Assembly: GCF_001194135.2 (NCBI RefSeq)
Contig: NC_068981.1
Span: forward strand, 8,576,075-8,611,900
Direction: 5' to 3'
Origin: Octopus bimaculoides
Taxonomy: Eukaryota
DNA: 35,826 nucleotides
Shown here: positions 12,500 through 22,668 of the stretch, one piece after another
Layout of the letters: every line of letters begins with the position of its first letter
How positions within the stretch are numbered: position 1 is the stretch's first letter
Translations under genes and position numbers: made by a program
Notes under the pieces: generated by a model
Database searches by the model: none
What the model was told of the DNA's origin: nothing
Seen by the model: only the letters and a program-made list of their open reading frames with translations

Positions 12500-12690
12500 G
12501 GGCTCTGCCTAAATCATATCTTTTTTCTTCCTCATGGGGCTTGCACTTGCATATAACCATCTCTGCCTCAATAACGGTCAAGAGGAATGTGGTTCGGGGA
12601 GGAGGGGTCACAGACACTGGTGGCCTCCACTACCACAGGCTTGACCACGAACCTGTCAGGGAGCGGCTTGTACATTTAAGTATCTGCCTT
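12500..12690 (-). mobile_element. Decayed CRE-like non-LTR retrotransposon C-terminal endonuclease fragment
   Basis: Minus-strand translation MYKPLPDRFVVKPVVVEATSVCDPSS, then after a frameshift TTFLL. Resembles the KY..L..RF...P.A.E..G..G.ST..FL end of CRE/RLE ORFs as recalled. Short and degenerate. Confidence 0.4.
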
Positions 12691-13141
12691 ATAAAGTGTC
12701 AGGTCAAATGTTTTAAGCCGAGGTGAGGGATGCTTTTCATGATAAACCTAACTGAATATCAAGTTTTAAGCAAAAACAGAATAATTGCCCAGAGACAAAG
12801 GTTATTTTATGTATGTGCAAAGGACAGCCCCATCATCAATATCAACCTCACGTCAAAACAAAACAATTATAAGTGTGATCACATGGCTTTTGCATTTCTT
12901 TTATTTCAGCAGGTTTAATAAATTAAATGCCAGGAGGGTATTAGAAAGCAAACTGTATCTGCTCTGTGATATTTTGTTGATTAGTGTCATGTCAAAGTCT
13001 GCACAAATGCTAATCAGTACTAACCTAGATAATTAATTTTTTTTTTTAATGGAAATGATAAAGATTATTAAATTTAATAATTTCATTTTTGGATTTGGTT
13101 TGCAAGATTCTTTATGTGAGTTCGTGTGTTGAAGCATATTC

Positions 13142-13458
13142 TATTGTGTTTGGGGAGAGTCATTTTCTTATTGTGCCTTATAATTTAACACACCGCTAAA
13201 ATTTCCACTTATTTCTTATTCTTATTTTCCTAAAATTTTCGTTGTGTCTTGCAACCTTTTGAAAGCAGAAAACAACACCAGAGATGCTAACAGCCAAAGT
13301 CGTACATTTAACCGATTGAGTGAACAGAGTCAAAACTATTGAAAAGGTTGCAAGACACAACGAAAATTTTAGGAAAATAAAATTAAGAAATAAGTGGAAA
13401 TTTTAACGGTGGGTGTGTTAAATTATTAGGCAGAAAATGACTCTACCCAGACACAATA
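13142..13458. mobile_element. MITE-like element with ~117-bp imperfect inverted arms
   Basis: 13142-13260 is the reverse complement of 13342-13458 (e.g. AAAATTTTCGTTGTGTCTTGCAACCTTTT / AAAAGGTTGCAAGACACAACGAAAATTTT). Spacer is 81 bp. Confidence 0.7.
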
Positions 13459-13749
13459 AATTTAATAAGTTGATAAAGAAATTTTTTTCTTTTTTAGGAA
13501 TACGTAAAAAAAAAAAATAGTTAAAGAAAGTTCATTAAATGAAAGAGAGACCAATAAATAAGGAATTCATAGCAAAACTATTTTTACAAATTGTTTTCCA
13601 CCTGGAATCAGAAGAGTAACAATATTTCTATTGTAGATGGTAGTTCCATATCCAAAGTAATTAGTATTACAGATATTTTAATACCTTAATTAAACTTCTA
13701 ATGTATAAATAAGCAAGAAGAGAGAATCAGAGTTTATGATTTCTATAAA

Positions 13750-13901
13750 GGTGTAGCTGTGACTGTGTAGTAAGAAGTTTACTTCCTGATTGCAGGGGCA
13801 CAGGTTCAGTCCCCCTGTATGGCACCCTGGCCAAGTACCTTCTACTATAACCACACGCTGACCAAAGCCTTGTGAGTTGATGGGAACTGAAATAAGCCTG
13901 T

Positions 13902-13965
<64 letters not shown>

Positions 13966-14140
13966 TGTGTCCCTTTGCATTCTCTGTTTATTCCCCACTG
14001 TCACTCGACAACCAGTGTTGGTATGTTTATGTCCTTGTGAATTAGTACGGTCCAGCAAGAGGCAGATTGAATAAATACCAGTCATTACAAAACAAAAAAA
14101 AAATTGGGGGTTGACTCATTCAACTAAAAATTCAAGAAGA
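13750..14140 (+). mobile_element. tRNA-derived SINE, family A
   Basis: GTGTAGTAAGAAGTTTACTTCC...GGTTCAGTCCC...CCAAAGCCTTGTGAGT...(TG)n...GACAACCAGTGTTGGT; same layout as the 21.8-kb copy. Confidence 0.75.
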
Positions 14141-14234
14141 TATCAATTCTTGTAATAATAATAATAATAATAACAATAATAATAATAATAATAACAATAA
14201 TGTTTCTTTTTACAGAAGACCCAAAATCAGCAAA

Positions 14235-14332
14235 GGTGGAGAGAACAGTTAATTATATCAACTCCAGTACGTTACTGGTATTTTATTTTACTAACTCTAA
14301 AAGGAGAAAAGGCAAATGGATTTGAACTCACA
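14235..14332 (-). mobile_element. Family B SINE fragment
   Basis: CCAGTACGTTACTGGTATTTTATTTT...AAAGGCAAA...TTTGAACTCA. Confidence 0.5.
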
Positions 14333-14335
14333 ACC

Positions 14336-14460
14336 CTGAAGATATCAACTTGGCCTTTCTGAGGTCAACAAAATAAACTACCAATCAAGAATTGAGGTCA
14401 ATGGCATTGAGTGACCCCTTCCCTTCAAAACCTGCTGCCTTTGAGCCTAAATCAGAATAA
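14336..14460 (+). mobile_element. Family B SINE fragment
   Basis: TCAACTTGGCCTTTC...AAAATAAACTACCAATCAAGAATTGAGGTCAATG...CCCTTCAAAA..TGCTGCCTTTG.GCCTAAATCAGAA. Confidence 0.45.
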
Positions 14461-14912
14461 CAACAATTCTAACTTTTTACTCGCAATTATAGGAGAGAAG
14501 GTTGAGGTTAACATTGCTCTCAGTGTTTGACTGCTATTTTATCCTATTGTTCCTCAAAGGATGAAAAAAAAGAAAAAAAAATCAATTTAGGGTTGTCTTT
14601 ACTTTTCAACAGACCCCTGCAGGCAATAAAGTAACCTGAGTTGTGACTGAACCCATTCCCTTTATACTCGTGGTCCTTCTGCAAAAAATGATTTTGTTTC
14701 ACTAAACATTGAGTGGCACCAAAAAATAGGAAAATAATTATTGAAGACGAAAAAAAAAAGTCAGAAGTTGAGAAAGACAAACAGACAGATTTGGAAGAAA
14801 GTAAGGCATAGCACTAAAAGACAGTGAATATAATTTATAAAATGGTGATTTGGTTTTTACAGCTAAAAATTACTGATTTCTTTTTATGATGATGTTGTGA
14901 GGTTTATTCTTT

Positions 14913-15115
14913 TCTGGCAGAACTGTTAAAGCATTGGAAGAAATTCTTTGTGGCATTTCTTCCAACCCCTTATGTTCTGAGTTCAAATTTCACTGAGATT
15001 AACATTGTCCTTTCATTCTTTGGGATCAATAAAATAACAGTTGAGCAATGGGTGGGGGGGGCGATGCAATTGACCCCATCCCTCAAAATTGTTGGCCTCC
15101 AGAAGTAAATACAGA
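14913..15115 (+). mobile_element. tRNA-derived SINE, family B
   Basis: CTGGCAGAACTGTTA A-box-like and GAGTTCAAATT B-box-like motifs, then CCTTTCATTCTTTTGGGATCAATAAAATAA...CCCTCAAAATTG.TGGCCT. Confidence 0.7.
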
Positions 15116-15250
15116 GATGTAAAGCTATGCCAACCACAATCTCTTTACTTTGGTTAAAGTTTTTATCCTTGTTCAATGGTGAACCTTATTTGTATAACTG
15201 GAGGCATCTCAAATAAAGAATATTCCTGAATAAAACCCATCTCATAATCG

Positions 15251-15463
15251 AAATACTGCTTCAAATTTTGGCACAAGGCCAGCAATTTCAGGGGAGAGGG
15301 TAAGTCAATGAAATCGACCCCAATGCTCAACTGGTACTTATTTTAATGACAGCAAATGGATGAAAGGTAAAGTAGACCTCAATGGAAATTGAACTCAGAA
15401 TGTAAAGACAGACGAAATGTTGCTAAGTGTTTTGCCCAGCATGATTCTTCCAACTCACCGCCT
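15251..15463 (-). mobile_element. tRNA-derived SINE, family B
   Basis: GGCACAAGGCCAGCAATTT...CTCAACTGGTACTTATTTT...GGATGAAAGGTAAAGTAGACCTC...TGAACTCAGAATGTAAAG...CTCACCGCC. Confidence 0.8.
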
Positions 15464-15643
15464 AATTTCATAGAAATATTGGCAAATATATGTATATCCC
15501 TGCTATGGATTTATGCTTCTTGGAGCAGATGAAGGGCTATAAGATCTTTGGACTAATAAAAGACAACAAACTTTTCAGTGTTTTTAAAGAGTTTCAATGT
15601 TGTAAGGAGAAGCAAATGAAGACTAAGATTTCCAGTGTCATAA

Positions 15644-15854
15644 CATCATCATCATCATCATCGTTTAACGTCCGCTTTCCATGCTAGCATGGGTTGGACG
15701 ATTTGACTGAGGACTGGTGAANNNNNNNNNNTTGGACGATCTGACTGAGGACTGGTGAAACCTGGTGTTGCCATCCGGTTTCACCAGTCCTCAGTCAGAT
15801 CGTCCAACCCATGCTAGCATGGAAGGCGGACGTTAAACGATGATGATGATGATG
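15644..15854. repeat. Head-to-head inverted pair of young SINE tails (fold-back), interrupted by a 10-N gap
   Basis: The left arm 15644-15721 and the post-gap 15732-15762 are reverse complements of 15777-15854. Loop 15763-15776. Confidence 0.75.
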
Positions 15855-16061
15855 AAAAATCTTCAAAATTCTGAAACAATCTCAACAAGAATAATTAATT
15901 AATTATGTTTTTGTCTTCTTTTTCCTACTTAGACAGGCTTCAAAACACTAAACTATAATCACACATATTTGCATACATTTATATACACCACCCAGAACCA
16001 CATTAATAGCTTAGGAGTGAAATTCAGAATTTCTCGGTTTTCTGGGAATTGATTTTGATAA

Positions 16062-16180
16062 AACTTTTCTCCAGTCTTCCTGGGTCTCCCTCTCCTACAA
16101 CTTCCTTCCACTTTTAGTGATCAGCAAGTCCTTATGAAACTGCCCTCATCCATCCGCATCATATGACCCACTAGTGCAGA
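16062..16180 (-). mobile_element. RTE-clade LINE ORF2 C-terminal fragment
   Basis: Minus-strand translation GHMMRMDEGSFIRTC*SLKVEGSCRRGRPRKT, the typical GHV.RM...V.G.R.RGRPRKTW motif at the end of RTE ORF2. Confidence 0.7.
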
Positions 16181-16220
16181 TATTATTATTATTATTAGTA
16201 GTAGTAGTAGTAGCAGTAGT

Positions 16221-16440
16221 AAGGCAGTGAAGTGGCTGAATCCTTACCATTTCCAGACAAAATGCTTAACGGCATTTCTTCTGGCTTTGTGTTCCTGCCG
16301 AGGGTGAATTTTACCTTTGATCCTTTTAGGGGTATACAAAATATGCATCAGTTGAGTACTGGGGCTAATGTAATCGACTAGCCCCTTCCTCCCACCCAAA
16401 TTTCAGGTCTTATCCCTAGAGTTGAAAGGATTATTATTAT
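16221..16440 (+). mobile_element. tRNA-derived SINE, family B
   Basis: AAGGCAGTGAAGTGGCTGAATC...AAATGCTTAACGGCATTTC...CAGTTGAGTACTGGGG.TAATGTAATCGACTAG...AAATTTCAGG, followed by a (TAT)n tail. Confidence 0.7.
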
Positions 16441-17199
16441 TAATGACAATAATAATAATAAAAATAGGAGCTGAAGGTTGTGAAGAAGAACCAAAGTCAA
16501 AGAGAAACACAGGAAATGAGAGGAAAATAGGTTTCTGATGACTTAGTGTAGATAAATCTTTAATTATCTACACAGGTATTTAAACGATTAAGTGAGGGTA
16601 GATTACATCAACATGCTATATACATTGCATAAATTATGCAAATTAGAACAAAAGAAAACGAAAAGGGGAGAAAAATGTTGTTCTTTGAAAGAGGTCAGGC
16701 TGACAGAGAGGATGGCTAAAGATAGAGTGAAACTTGCAGAGAAGACAATTATTGTAGCTGTGTGAGTCATAGCATCTCTAGCTACAACAACAAAAACATA
16801 GCATGAAACCAATATGGAAGTTAAATATGGTGGCTTTAACATTTACTAAACATTGCAGTTGTTATTTTTAAGTATTGTTTGTTGTTGTTGTTGTTGTTAT
16901 TTCAGAAAGACAGAGCTGAGAAGAAATAGTGTTATCAAAATAACTGTTGTAATAGAACAACAACAGAGGACATGCATTTTTAACAGAGTGTGTGTGTGTG
17001 TGTGTGTGCAAGAGAAGCAGATGTGTTGCCAGAGACATTTTGGTATTTGGCCAATAGATGCTTCGCTGTAACGGACTGCCCTCTGTGGACAGGAGTCCAG
17101 TCAAACAATAACAGCAGTTTTAATGACTTCAAACATGGTACCTGGCTTGTAGAGCAGCAGAAAACAGTAGAAAGATATTGCAATGGTCACACTTCACCT

Positions 17200-17246
<47 letters not shown>

Positions 17247-18060
17247 CACATTGGCAACCATTAGAACCTGCAGCCAACCAGGAATAGGCAGAACAGTGGA
17301 GAAAATATAACAACATGTCCACACTATCAATCATACTTTATTCTTTATGATGTACCTTTGTATATTGAAGTACAAAGTGATCCCGCATATGGTACTCAGT
17401 GGAACAGAAGTACACTGGATTTATGAAACAGTCATTTTGAAAAGGTCAACTGGACTGTGACTGACCAAGGCTAACAGACACCATTATCAAAGACACCACA
17501 AGGGACTCATTAGCTCTAGTTTTATGGTATTGAGCACATGAGACAAACAAACAAAACCCTTCCCTGGTGTGGGACATTGATCTCAATTAAGTAAAATCTT
17601 TAAAAAATGGATGTTCCTATCAACAACAACGTTCAATTAAATGTGGAACTCTAAACACAAAATTAACTGCTTCAAGGAGATTTGAACTGTAAACCCATGA
17701 ATGAACCATTTTACCTCAGCAACGGAATATCAACAATTGACTAATGATATGGTGGTTCCAAATTTCATTATGACCAAATTCATGAAGTTGATGAAACCTT
17801 GTTCAAGTATTAAAGAAAAAAAGAAAAAAAAAGGATAAACACAAGTTTATATTATAAAACTTGAGCTTACCGTTATTTTGCTTCCATTTACTCCGTAGTT
17901 CATAACCGCTAACACCATTCACTAAAGAAGTTATTTAACAACTCTACAGGAAGCAGACTGGATTAGAATAATCTACGTGAAGCTCTAAACATAAGAGCTG
18001 CAGTCATACATTTCTGTACACCCAATCTCTACAAAAGTATTAAACATATATAAAAAGTCT

Positions 18061-18138
18061 GGTGCAGGCTTCTGCCCTGGCTGGTTCTTGTGAAACCATC
18101 CCACCCAGCATGGAGGGCAGACATTAAATGATGATAAT
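18061..18138 (+). mobile_element. SINE/RTE-type 3' tail fragment
   Basis: GAAACCATCCCACCCAGCATGGAGGGCAGACATTAAATGATGAT. Confidence 0.55.
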
Positions 18139-18143
18139 GAGAC

Positions 18144-18182
<39 letters not shown>

Positions 18183-18884
18183 NNNNNNNNNNNNNNNNNN
18201 NNNNNNNNNNNNNNNNNNNNNNNNNNNNNNNNNNNNNNNNNNNNNNNNNNNNNNNNNNNNNNNNNNNNNNNNNNNNNNNNNNNNNNNNNNNNNNNNNNNN
18301 NNNNNNNNNNNNNNNNNNNNNNNNNNNNNNNNNNNNNNNNNNNNNNNNNNNNNNNNNNNNNNNNNNNNNNNNNNNNNNNNNNNNNNNNNNNNNNNNNNNN
18401 NNNNNNNNNNNNNNNNNNNNNNNNNNNNNNNNNNNNNNNNNNNNNNNNNNNNNNNNNNNNNNNNNNNNNNNNNNNNNNNNNNNNNNNNNNNNNNNNNNNN
18501 NNNNNNNNNNNNNNNNNNNNNNNNNNNNNNNNNNNNNNNNNNNNNNNNNNNNNNNNNNNNNNNNNNNNNNNNNNNNNNNNNNNNNNNNNNNNNNNNNNNN
18601 NNNNNNNNNNNNNNNNNNNNNNNNNNNNNNNNNNNNNNNNNNNNNNNNNNNNNNNNNNNNNNNNNNNNNNNNNNNNNNNNNNNNNNNNNNNNNNNNNNNN
18701 NNNNNNNNNNNNNNNNNNNNNNNNNNNNNNNNNNNNNNNNNNNNNNNNNNNNNNNNNNNNNNNNNNNNNNNNNNNNNNNNNNNNNNNNNNNNNNNNNNNN
18801 NNNNNNNNNNNNNNNNNNNNNNNNNNNNNNNNNNNNNNNNNNNNNNNNNNNNNNNNNNNNNNNNNNNNNNNNNNNNNNNNNNNN

Positions 18885-18927
<43 letters not shown>

Positions 18928-19000
18928 AAGGGCGTTCAGAATGCTGGATGGTTGTATATAAAAAAATATACATATATTTATTTGCATATCACCCAATAAT

Positions 19001-19125
19001 TCAGCAAAAGAGATCAATAGAAAAAGTGCTAGGCTTAAAGAGAATAAACCCTGGGGTTGATTTGCTCAACTAGAAGTGGTGCTCCAGCATGGTCGCAGTC
19101 AAATGACTGAACAGATTAAAGGATA
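19001..19125 (+). mobile_element. 3' part of a family A SINE whose head probably lies in the gap
   Basis: TCAGCAAAAGAGATCAATAGAAAAAGT...CTGGGGTTGAT...CTCCAGCATGG.CGCAGTCAAATGACT resembles 22018-22110; preceded by (TG)n. Confidence 0.5.
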
Positions 19126-19181
19126 TATAAAATATTATCGAGACACACACATATATATATATATACATATATATATATATT

Positions 19182-19545
19182 CACTTTTCCCTGCTTGCAT
19201 GGATCAAATGGAGTTGATTGAGATTTTCTACAGCTGGATGTCTTTCTCGGTGCCAACAGACATCGGTTTCCAAGCAATATGGATACAGACACACTTTTGC
19301 TGATAATTGGAAACATGTGACACTATTTATACGACAGTGACATCTATTTACGATTGTCAGATGACATGAAGACAAAGAAACAGAAACATACACTCACTCA
19401 CACACATACATGTAAAGGCTTCTTACAGTTTCCATCTATCAAATCCACTTTCAAAGCTTTGGTTGGTTTGGGGCTATAATAGAAGACTCTTGCCCAAGGT
19501 GCATTGCAGTGGGATTGAACCTGAAACCATGTGGTTGAAAGTGAA
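19182..19545 (-). mobile_element. tRNA-derived SINE, family A
   Basis: CAGTTTCCATCTATCAAATCCACT...TTGCCCAAGGTGC...GGGATTGAACC...CCATGTGGTTG is the reverse complement of the family A head. Confidence 0.75.
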
Positions 19546-19645
19546 TGCGATCAAATTAGGTTCAAATATTCATCTCTAACCATTAGACACACTTTTTCCT
19601 ACCAAATGTTACATTATTTTAGAATAAGGTTACTTCATGGCACTG

Positions 19646-19866
19646 TCAGAGCTGGTGCCATGTAAAAGGCACTGGTATTGGTGTCACATCCAAAAAAGAA
19701 AATAGTAAATTCCATAGTAAAGTGGTTGACATTAGGAAGGGCATCCAGGTGTAGAGACCATGCCAAAGCAGACAATTGGGACCTGGTGCAGCCCTCTCGC
19801 TGACCAGCTCCTGCCAAACAGTCCAACCCATACCAGCATGGAAAACAGGCATTCAATGAGGATGAT
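19646..19866 (+). mobile_element. SINE/RTE-type 3' tail
   Basis: GTGCCATGTAAAAGGCAC...GTAAAGTGGTTGACATTAGGAAGGGCATCCAG...CCAACCCATACCAGCATGGAAAACAGGCATTCAATGAGGATGA. Confidence 0.7.
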
Positions 19867-20074
19867 TTATATAGTTACATATGTGTGTGTGTGTGTGTAA
19901 TCTTGTACAGAATTGTATCCTGTTTTTTAACGAGTCATAAATACAGGTGGAAATAGACAGACCTTATTAAACCGTTTGGTTACTAACGAGTGTTTTATAA
20001 GCTGTCACTAGACAACATGTCTATTTTATTTAAGCCAACCTCTTACCTAACAACCTCTATCTGAGTGCTAAAGA

Positions 20075-20175
20075 TCATCATCATCATTATTATTATTATT
20101 ATTATTATTAGTAGTAGTAGTAGTAGTGGTGGTGGTGGTGGTGGTGGTAATAGTAGCGGTGGAGGTGGTGGTGGT
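20075..20175. repeat. Compound triplet microsatellite (CAT)(TAT)(TAG)(TGG)
   Basis: Directly visible. Confidence 0.9.
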
Positions 20176-20374
20176 ATTCCAGTTGGTTTTATCATTGTGA
20201 CATCCAAGGTATGGTGGTAGTTGAGAATTTAACTGAGTCAAAGGTCAAGTTATATTATTTAACCATAGTTAACAGTGAAAGAGATTGGGGGAGCGGGGCC
20301 AGCAGGGGTGCTGATCAAATATTGAACAAGATCCCTGGGTCTAGAACATGCCATATTATATCTAAATATTATTT

Positions 20375-20590
20375 GGAATAATAACTGGCTTCTAATTTTG
20401 GCCCAAAGCCAGCAATTTTGGAGGAGGAGGTAAGTCAGTTGCATTGACCCCAGTACTCAACTGGTACTTATTTTATCAACCCTGAAAGGATGAAAGGCAA
20501 AGTCGACCTTGGTGGAATTTGAACTCAGAACATAAAGACTGACAAAATACCATCAAGCATTTTGCGTGCAAAAGAATCTGCCAGCTCACT
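20375..20590 (-). mobile_element. tRNA-derived SINE, family B
   Basis: CCCCAGTACTCAACTGGTACTTATTTTATCAACCCTGAAAGGATGAAAGGCAAAGTCGACCTTGGTGGAATTTGAACTCAGAAC...CTGCCAGCTCACTGC. Confidence 0.8.
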
Positions 20591-20799
20591 GCTCTGTTTG
20601 AAATAGAAATTATTTAAGCGTCTGGCATTGAAACTGACCGAAATATTTTGCCTGTTTTATGTTCTGACCGGTCTTGCTTCTCACACCTACCCTACAATGT
20701 CAATCTAAAAATAATCACATCATTAAAATCTTGAAGCTACAAAATAATACAGGATTAATTCAAGACAATCCGAATAAGGATTGTGTTAGACAGAATAAG

Positions 20800-21360
20800 G
20801 TGAATGCTGAAGGGTAGTGATGTAGGTTCCACAGTGATGTTTAGGGCATGCTATTAGGGTTACTTTTGGTAAAATGAGACATTAAGATGGTAAAGGTTGT
20901 TGGTTTTAATTCCAAATTATGGGGTATAGGGATTTCAGGTATCAAAGACGTGTTCAGGTGTGGCCCATTAATAAACCTGTGGTGTTTGTAAGAATTTCAA
21001 TATGTTGGTCAAAGAATTACAGGTTACACATAGTTTAGAATGGAGTACAGCAGCCATGAGCTACATATCTGAATAACCTTTGAATTTTGATTTTATTGTG
21101 TTTGTAATCAGAGTGGAGCAGGTGCTTGTAATACAGAAAAAGTTTTAAATTAGGAAAATTTAATTAGAACTGGTATGGTTGATAAAAGATTTTCAATGAA
21201 CAATGGTGACAAATGTTTGAGAAGAAATGTTTAAATCAATGAATGATTGCAGAGAATTCATTTCTTATTGTAACAACGTGACCAAAATCCATCGCAGAAA
21301 TAACATGACAGAATTGTAGAGAATTCTGAGAAACAGTTGGAATTATGACCACACCAAATG
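20800..21360 (-). mobile_element. Possible very old CR1/L2-like reverse transcriptase C-terminal remnant
   Basis: Fragmentary frames (DFGHVV..., STIPVLIKFS*FKTF, KIKIQRLFR) loosely follow the DLG...LL..YK.FV...KI..VQR order. Many stops and frameshifts. Confidence 0.2.
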
Positions 21361-21469
21361 AATAATGGCTATTAATCTAAATTAATTTGTTACTTATGAT
21401 GTTTCAATTAAATTAATCAGGACCCTGCATCTATATTCCAATCTCCCTAATTACATATGAAGAGGATAA

Positions 21470-21682
21470 AGATCCTTTTTTATGAGTCATATAGATGCAA
21501 AGGCCCAGGTACCTAGTTTTTGTGGCAGCCCATCCAAGGATTCCTCATTTTTGCCAGCTGAGTGGACTGGAGCAATGTGAAATGAAAGGTTTTGCTCAAG
21601 AACACAACACATCACCTGGTCCAGGAATCAAAACCACAATCTTATGATCATGGGTACAACACCCTAACTACATCCCTACCTC
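21470..21682 (-). mobile_element. tRNA-derived SINE, family C (single copy in window)
   Basis: CCAGCTGAGTGGACTGGAGCAATGTGAAATGAA...TTTGCTCAAGAACACAAC...CCAGGAATCAAAACC...CCCTAAC. The reverse complement has a tRNA-like head (GTTAGGGTGT...GGTTTTGATTCCTGG). Confidence 0.55.
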
Positions 21683-21785
21683 TATGTCCTTGCTTCAATA
21701 TTTCAGTTGACAAACTTCTAGAAAGATTGATGATCTCCTTGGAAAAAGCAGGCAAACCACACAAGATGGTTCCAGGTGCCGGCAT

Positions 21786-22110
21786 TGGTGCACAGTAAGA
21801 AGTTTGCTTCCCAACCTCATGCTTGGAAATTTGGTCCTACTGTGCGACACCTTGGGCGAGTTCTTCTTCTATAGATTTGGGCTGACCATGGATTTGGTTG
21901 ACAGAAACTATAAGAAGCCTGTTGCGTACATGCATGTGTGCATGTATGTGTACATGTTTGTCCCCACCACCGTTTGACAACTGCTGTTGGTGTGTTTACA
22001 TCTCTGTAACTTAGCAGTTCAGCAAAAAAAATTGATAGAATATGTATCAGGCTTTAAAAAAAGTACTGGGGTTGAAGGCAGTGCCCCAGCATGGCCACAA
22101 TCAAATGACT
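21786..22110 (+). mobile_element. tRNA-derived SINE, family A
   Basis: AGTAAGAAGTTTGCTTCCCAACC...CACCTTGGGCGAGT...GGATTTGGTTGACAGAAACT...TTTGACAACTGCTGTTGGTGTGTTTACAT...CCCCAGCATGGCCACA. Confidence 0.75.
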
Positions 22111-22198
22111 CCATCTTCAAATACAATAATGAAAATGGCGAACAACATGGAATTCCCAGAAAGAATTATGATGTGGTGTAATGATGATGATGATGATG

Positions 22199-22229
<31 letters not shown>

Positions 22230-22360
22230 ACAATAGTGAAGGGACTTTGGGGTGGAGTGGAGTGGAAACGTGTGCAAAAGTCAGGTTTATGTTGAAGAGA
22301 ATAAACTTTAAAAACCAAAATACATACATACATATACATATATATATATATACCATGCTT

Positions 22361-22514
22361 GTGCCATGTAAAAAGCACCCAGTACACACTGTGAAGTGGT
22401 TGGCATTAGGAAGGGTGTCCAACTGTAGAAACCATGCCAAAGCAGACAATTGGAGCCTGGTACAACTCTCCAGCCTTGCCATCTCCTGTCAAACCATCCA
22501 ATTCATGCCAGCAT
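22361..22514 (+). mobile_element. Older SINE/RTE-type 3' tail
   Basis: GTGCCATGTAAAAAGCACCCAGTAC...GTGGTTGGCATTAGGAAGGG...CATGCCAGCAT; lacks its GAT tail. Confidence 0.7.
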
Positions 22515-22668
22515 AGTGGTTGGCATTAGGAAGGGCATCCAGCTGTAGAAACTCTGCCAAATCAGATTGGAGCCTGGTGTTGCCATCCGGTTTCACCAGT
22601 CCTCAATCAAATCGTCCAACCCATGCTAGCATGGAAAGCGGGCGTTAAACGATGATGATGATGATGAT
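22515..22668 (+). mobile_element. Young SINE/RTE-type 3' tail ending in (GAT)n
   Basis: AGTGGTTGGCATTAGGAAGGGCATCCAGCTGTAGAAACTCTGCC...CCGGTTTCACCAGTCCTC...CGTTAAACGATGATGATG. CpGs retained; near-identical to the arms at 15.7 kb. Confidence 0.8.
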
